A stretch of 64,000 nt of DNA from the human T2T-CHM13v2.0 reference genome, Homo sapiens. The position numbers and the translations under genes are program-made. This document shows, piece after piece, positions 59,701 to 64,000 of the stretch (within the stretch, counting starts at the first letter, position 1; each line of letters begins with the position of its first letter). Location: the NCBI RefSeq assembly GCF_009914755.1, contig NC_060927.1; one strand, 5' to 3'. A model generated the notes under the pieces. It worked only from the letters and a program-made list of their open reading frames with translations. It had not been told where the DNA came from and did not search any database.

Positions 59701-62190
59701 TATGTTATGTCACTGTACATACTGTAAACAAGACTGCATTAATATTGTTTTCTTATGATTTGTTTCAATGACTCTAGATTTTAAAAAATACATTCACAAA
59801 CTACCTTATGTTTAAACACAATGATTCCCTTTTATTTCTTAACTGTACCCAAAATCCCACAATAAAAAAATCATTTAAAGCTGTGTGTTTCAAACTTATC
59901 ACTTAGAAATAAAAACAAAACAAAACATAAAAACAAAGATCAGTTTGCAACATAATTTAAAGAAGCTTCTGGTTTAAAATACCACAGCAGCAATATAAAG
60001 AGCTGGTGGCAATCACATTCGGGAGTGAAATTGAAATCAATATATTTTGTCCACATCAGCATCCAATTACAGTAGTTGTTAAATTCAATCCAAAAAGTTA
60101 TTGCTGAATTTGTGGCATGGAATTTGAGAAGATAGTATTGTTCAGCAGCACAACCACAGCAGTAAAAATGAGAACAGGAGGATTTCATTGCTTTTGAGAG
60201 CTAAAGGGACCATGAGGAGGATATCTTGCTGATTGCCTGAAGATAATCCTCAGTTACATTCCTGCATATTACCTGCTTTAAATAAATGCAAATGACAACC
60301 ACCTTTTCAGGAGGGGCATAATAATGTAATCCAGAAACTAGAATGTTTCCCCTTCTCTTCCCCATCTTGCCCAAACCACTAGATTGAAATGGCTCCATTT
60401 TCCTAATGTGTATTTCGTTCTCATTAATAGTACATCAGCTGCTTGTGTATTTAGGCAAAGTCAGTAAGATCGTAGTTTTTTTTGTTGTTGTTGTTCCATT
60501 TACAGTAATTATTTTCTCCAGAAACAAGCCACATTAGTTTTTGTCATTGGATTCCCCCCACTTCCAATTTTTTAAGAAGAAAAATTTGGTCAACTACTGT
60601 TTCGTTTTAAAAATGTTAAATGCACCTGAGATTGCCGGTTGAGCTCTCTATATGTCTCCTGGAGATAACACTGCTGTGATGAACAGTGAAACAAAAACAA
60701 ACAAAACGAGGTAGGTTAAAACAGGAAGCGCAACACAGATATTGTTTGCAACACCTCGATACCACAGGCGGCCATGCTTGTAGCTTTGGAAAAAAAAAAT
60801 CCCAGTCGCATAAAAGTTCAAATCATTTGAGTAAGAGTTTATAAGGACACAAGTCAACCTGAACTAAATACATACATACTTCTGCACAAATGTTGTTTAC
60901 CGTATGTTGGGTAATTTGGAGGAAGGTAAAGTGATTAGGGTCTCAAAATTTTGTCCAAAGCCTTGCTTTCAAGTTCTCTAAAATTGGAGCCAATGATGCC
61001 TCTTGTATCTGAGGCAGGCTTAGGAGTCTAGTCCCTTCTCTCACCCACACAGGGAGAACACAGGCAGCTCAGAAACATTTATTATTAATTTTTTCAGTCA
61101 CAGTTTTCATCTTGAGAAAGTGGCACCCTCGGGAGAGCGCTGGGAATGTTCAGAGCCTGAATATCATCCACTCTCCAAGTCCCAGAAAGAACTCAACAAA
61201 GTCTCAGTCCTAATGAAGCCCAAACCAAGTGACCTCTTAGCTGGGAGGCTTTGTGCATTTTAAAAAAGACTATGTAAGCTTGTTTCCCAGAAGCTCTTTC
61301 TGTCTGACCCCATCTGTCATCCCATCTTTTTCCCTGATCTGTTGCATAATAGCTGAGGGAAAGTTGTGTTAGAGTGTCCCTCCATCGCTAGGCCAGCTCA
61401 ACTCAATGGCGTTAGTATCCTGTTCAACACACTCCATTCTGTAAAGGGCCATATAAAAATGTGGCCTGTCAGATTCACAAAAGTGGTAGTTGATTTTATT
61501 AGACTAGTAGTTTTAAGGCTAGTAGTTTAGCCATTTAAAATCTATTTCCCAAAAGAGGGGAAAACTAGTATTTTTCTTCTCTTTTTAAAAATTCATTAGC
61601 CAGTTGCTATCAAAAAGCAACCTTTTGGGTTGGTGAAGGCAAGAGAGTTCTTAAATTACTCCACTATGTAGTTATGGCCTTCAGCCTAAGGAGATAAGGT
61701 ACATTTATTGTGCTGTCTCTCATCATTGGAAATTTTACAACATACCATATACTTAAAACTAGTAGGCAGACAGAATTTAAAAGACTCATTTTCGCAGTAT
61801 GCATTCTTTCCCCATTCTTGCAGAGTAAAGGGGTAAAGAAAAAAGGTAAAAACCTGAAAACCCACCATAACACAGCTTAATCGTTAAGAGCACACAATAT
61901 TTGTTTCTATCCCTAATTCCGAAGGGCACATGGTCCATCTTTGTCCACAGACAAGGCAGCATTCTTGGGGATCTCCTGGAAATTCCTGCCACCTTTTTCT
62001 CTCCTTCTCAACCAGGCTGCAACATTGAAAGATGGACTGTACTGGGAGGGGCGGAGGGAGAGGAAAAAGGGAAAGCGATATGTTCAACCAAGCCTTCTGA
62101 TTCTGCCTCTAGACTGGCATAAGTCCACATGAGTTATGTTCTTTTAAATTAGAAATAACGCCATGAAGATAAGTGCCAAGTGCTCTTCTG
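56720..62190 (-). other. TNIK: TNIK 3'UTR (long form, distal end approximate)
   Basis: Follows the stop codon; AT-rich, no recognisable interspersed repeats; minus-strand AATAAA at e.g. 61704, 61495, 61078, 59831, 59667 and 56736, the last where L2 sequence begins. Confidence 0.7.
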
Positions 62191-62274
62191 TTACCAGTTC
62201 ATCATGGAATTTCTGTTGAGGGTCATGAAAAACACTTGGCTACTTCCTCCAGATCGCACGGATGCAAAAAATAC
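62191..62274 (-). CDS. TNIK: TNIK last coding exon ([27 protein letters not shown]), end of CNH domain
   Basis: Acceptor aaacag, 84 nt ending in TAA; [18 protein letters not shown] is the MAP4K4/MINK1/TNIK C-terminus, and NSMMNW plus the position next to SLC2A2 point to TNIK. Confidence 0.95.
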   Translation of the reverse strand, partial: VFFASVRSGGSSQVFFMTLNRNSMMNW

Positions 62275-64000
62275 CTGTTTGAAATTAAAAAGAAGTTAGT
62301 TCAACTGCATGGTCTTTTCCCCTCTTTTCTTCAACCGTCCATCCATTTTCTCTCACATGTCCTATCCTTGCCATGTGTCAGGTCTTAAGACTCAATGGCT
62401 TGTGTTTATAAAGTCCCTTTGGATATCGTGCATCCTATGTAAAAACTCCTGCCTTTATTCCTAGGTTGTTATTATTCCTTATTGTGGTATTGGTCTCCAG
62501 AGATGCTGAAGGGGCTATATCTTCATTTGTAACATCTCTTTGGGTGTTCACTTTTTAAAAGGGAGTTTCATGCTAGGATAACGTGCTGGATTTCTGGTCT
62601 AGGACCCAACAGGTTCTTTGTTAATTTCTAGAAAGGCACAGAAGCTTCCCTTCTCTCACCCTTAAATGACAAGAAAGTAGACTTCAGGATGGAAGGGAAT
62701 CCCTTCAAATTCTCAAAGTCAAGGGGGAGTTTTAGGCCTACTGACTATCATACAGTTTCAGATTTCAGTTTTTTAAATTTAAGATAAAAACATTAAATAG
62801 TGTGGTCAGATAGGGCAAGGTATTTAATGCCTACTCATTTTGGCATTTCAAGAGTTAACGCATGGTTTCTCTGCTGATGGTGGCATATCCCAGGGCAAAT
62901 GAGATCATAGCATTAATGAGGAGAACCACAGTCCATTAGGTCTGAGTCTGTTAAGTCATTTTATCAAACAACTGACAAACGTGAGAAAAATTTGGGTTAC
63001 TGCTTGCTTGAGCTGAATGTTTAATGTTAAAGAACCACTGCCCCAGGAAAGTAATATTTTGGGCTATGGCCTAGCCCTTCAGTCAGTCAATACCTAACTT
63101 TTGTTAGGTAGTTGCTTTTGTCACTAGTCTAAAGTCTCTGCTACTTCATTTCTACAGCTTCTTCAGAAGAATGCTAACAACAACTTCTTAGGGAGGTCTC
63201 TGGAAATGCTTGACATTCACCTAATGCTGCATATGAAAGTAATGCTACTCTTAGGGTCAATGAATCAAAACGGAGAAGGACAGAGAGGGCCTATGGAAAA
63301 CCACAATGAAGAAAAGAAAGGGCTGCTCTTCCCTCCAAGTTGTGTGCCCCTGGCTGTAAACCTTGGGTTGCAGACAACTGGTGTGGCCCCAGCCTACTCC
63401 TAAGGGTGTGGCATGGCTTGGAACAGCCCTGCTGGGGTAGGTTTTCAATCGGAATGTGGGTATCCATACCCAGATCACTCCTGGTTTTTTGATTCTTAGA
63501 GACTGGGTGGGAGCTGGAGTTTTACTAGGTTATGTTTGTTTTCTGGGAAATCTAAATGGCTGGAACCATCTTTGCCACCTGCAGCTACTGTCCACCCAGA
63601 CCACATCAGGTCAGAGTAGTGGGCCAGGGTTGAATATAGTTTAGGCCCACATCACCAGGTTTGGACTAAGACCAACCTGACCTTTGGGGAACTGGGGTGG
63701 ACAAAGGGATATACAAAAATTCAACCCATCATACTGTTTTTCTATAGGCGTTTATGTCTGTGGCTTTGGGGACAGCATTTCTATGTTGGCCACAGCCACA
63801 AAGGATGAATTCACAAATGCAGTATGGCTTAGCTACTAAAACCTCGGGGTTACTCTACAGGGAGGGTAAGGGAGAAGCAGTACTGCTGCAGAATACCCCT
63901 CTGAGGTCACTGATCATGCCAGACGGACACAGCCAATTTCACTGGAAAACAGTTCACCTATGACATTTCAGAAGAAACATGGCTGGAATGACACAAGACA

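Overview
Human (primate) genomic DNA with two protein-coding genes on the minus strand. Positions 912-24980 hold coding exons 1-8 of SLC2A2 (GLUT2). They splice into an uninterrupted 356-codon frame (MTEDKVTGTLVF...FTAVS), and the gene continues beyond the left edge of the window. Its CpG-poor promoter lies at about 25.0-25.3 kb, with a separate CpG-rich patch at about 26.5-27.3 kb. About 30 kb of repeat-rich intergenic DNA follows (Alus, an old L1 with nested insertions, a two-LTR THE1, MLT/MER57/LOR1 LTRs, MER30/MER44, L2/MIR). At the right are the last coding exon of TNIK (62191-62274) and a roughly 5.5 kb repeat-free 3'UTR. I see no evidence of a new gene system; nearly all listed ORFs are repeat-derived or chance. 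The observations most worth checking are a GC-AG donor on exon 2 bracketed by diverged direct repeats and inverted Alus, a (CA)19 tract abutting the exon 4 donor, TSS-dependent uORFs, several templated-insertion scars (including an apparent two-way Alu/L1 exchange), and a tailless Alu with a perfect 16-bp target-site duplication. Repeat subfamily names and SNP identities are from memory and were not searched.
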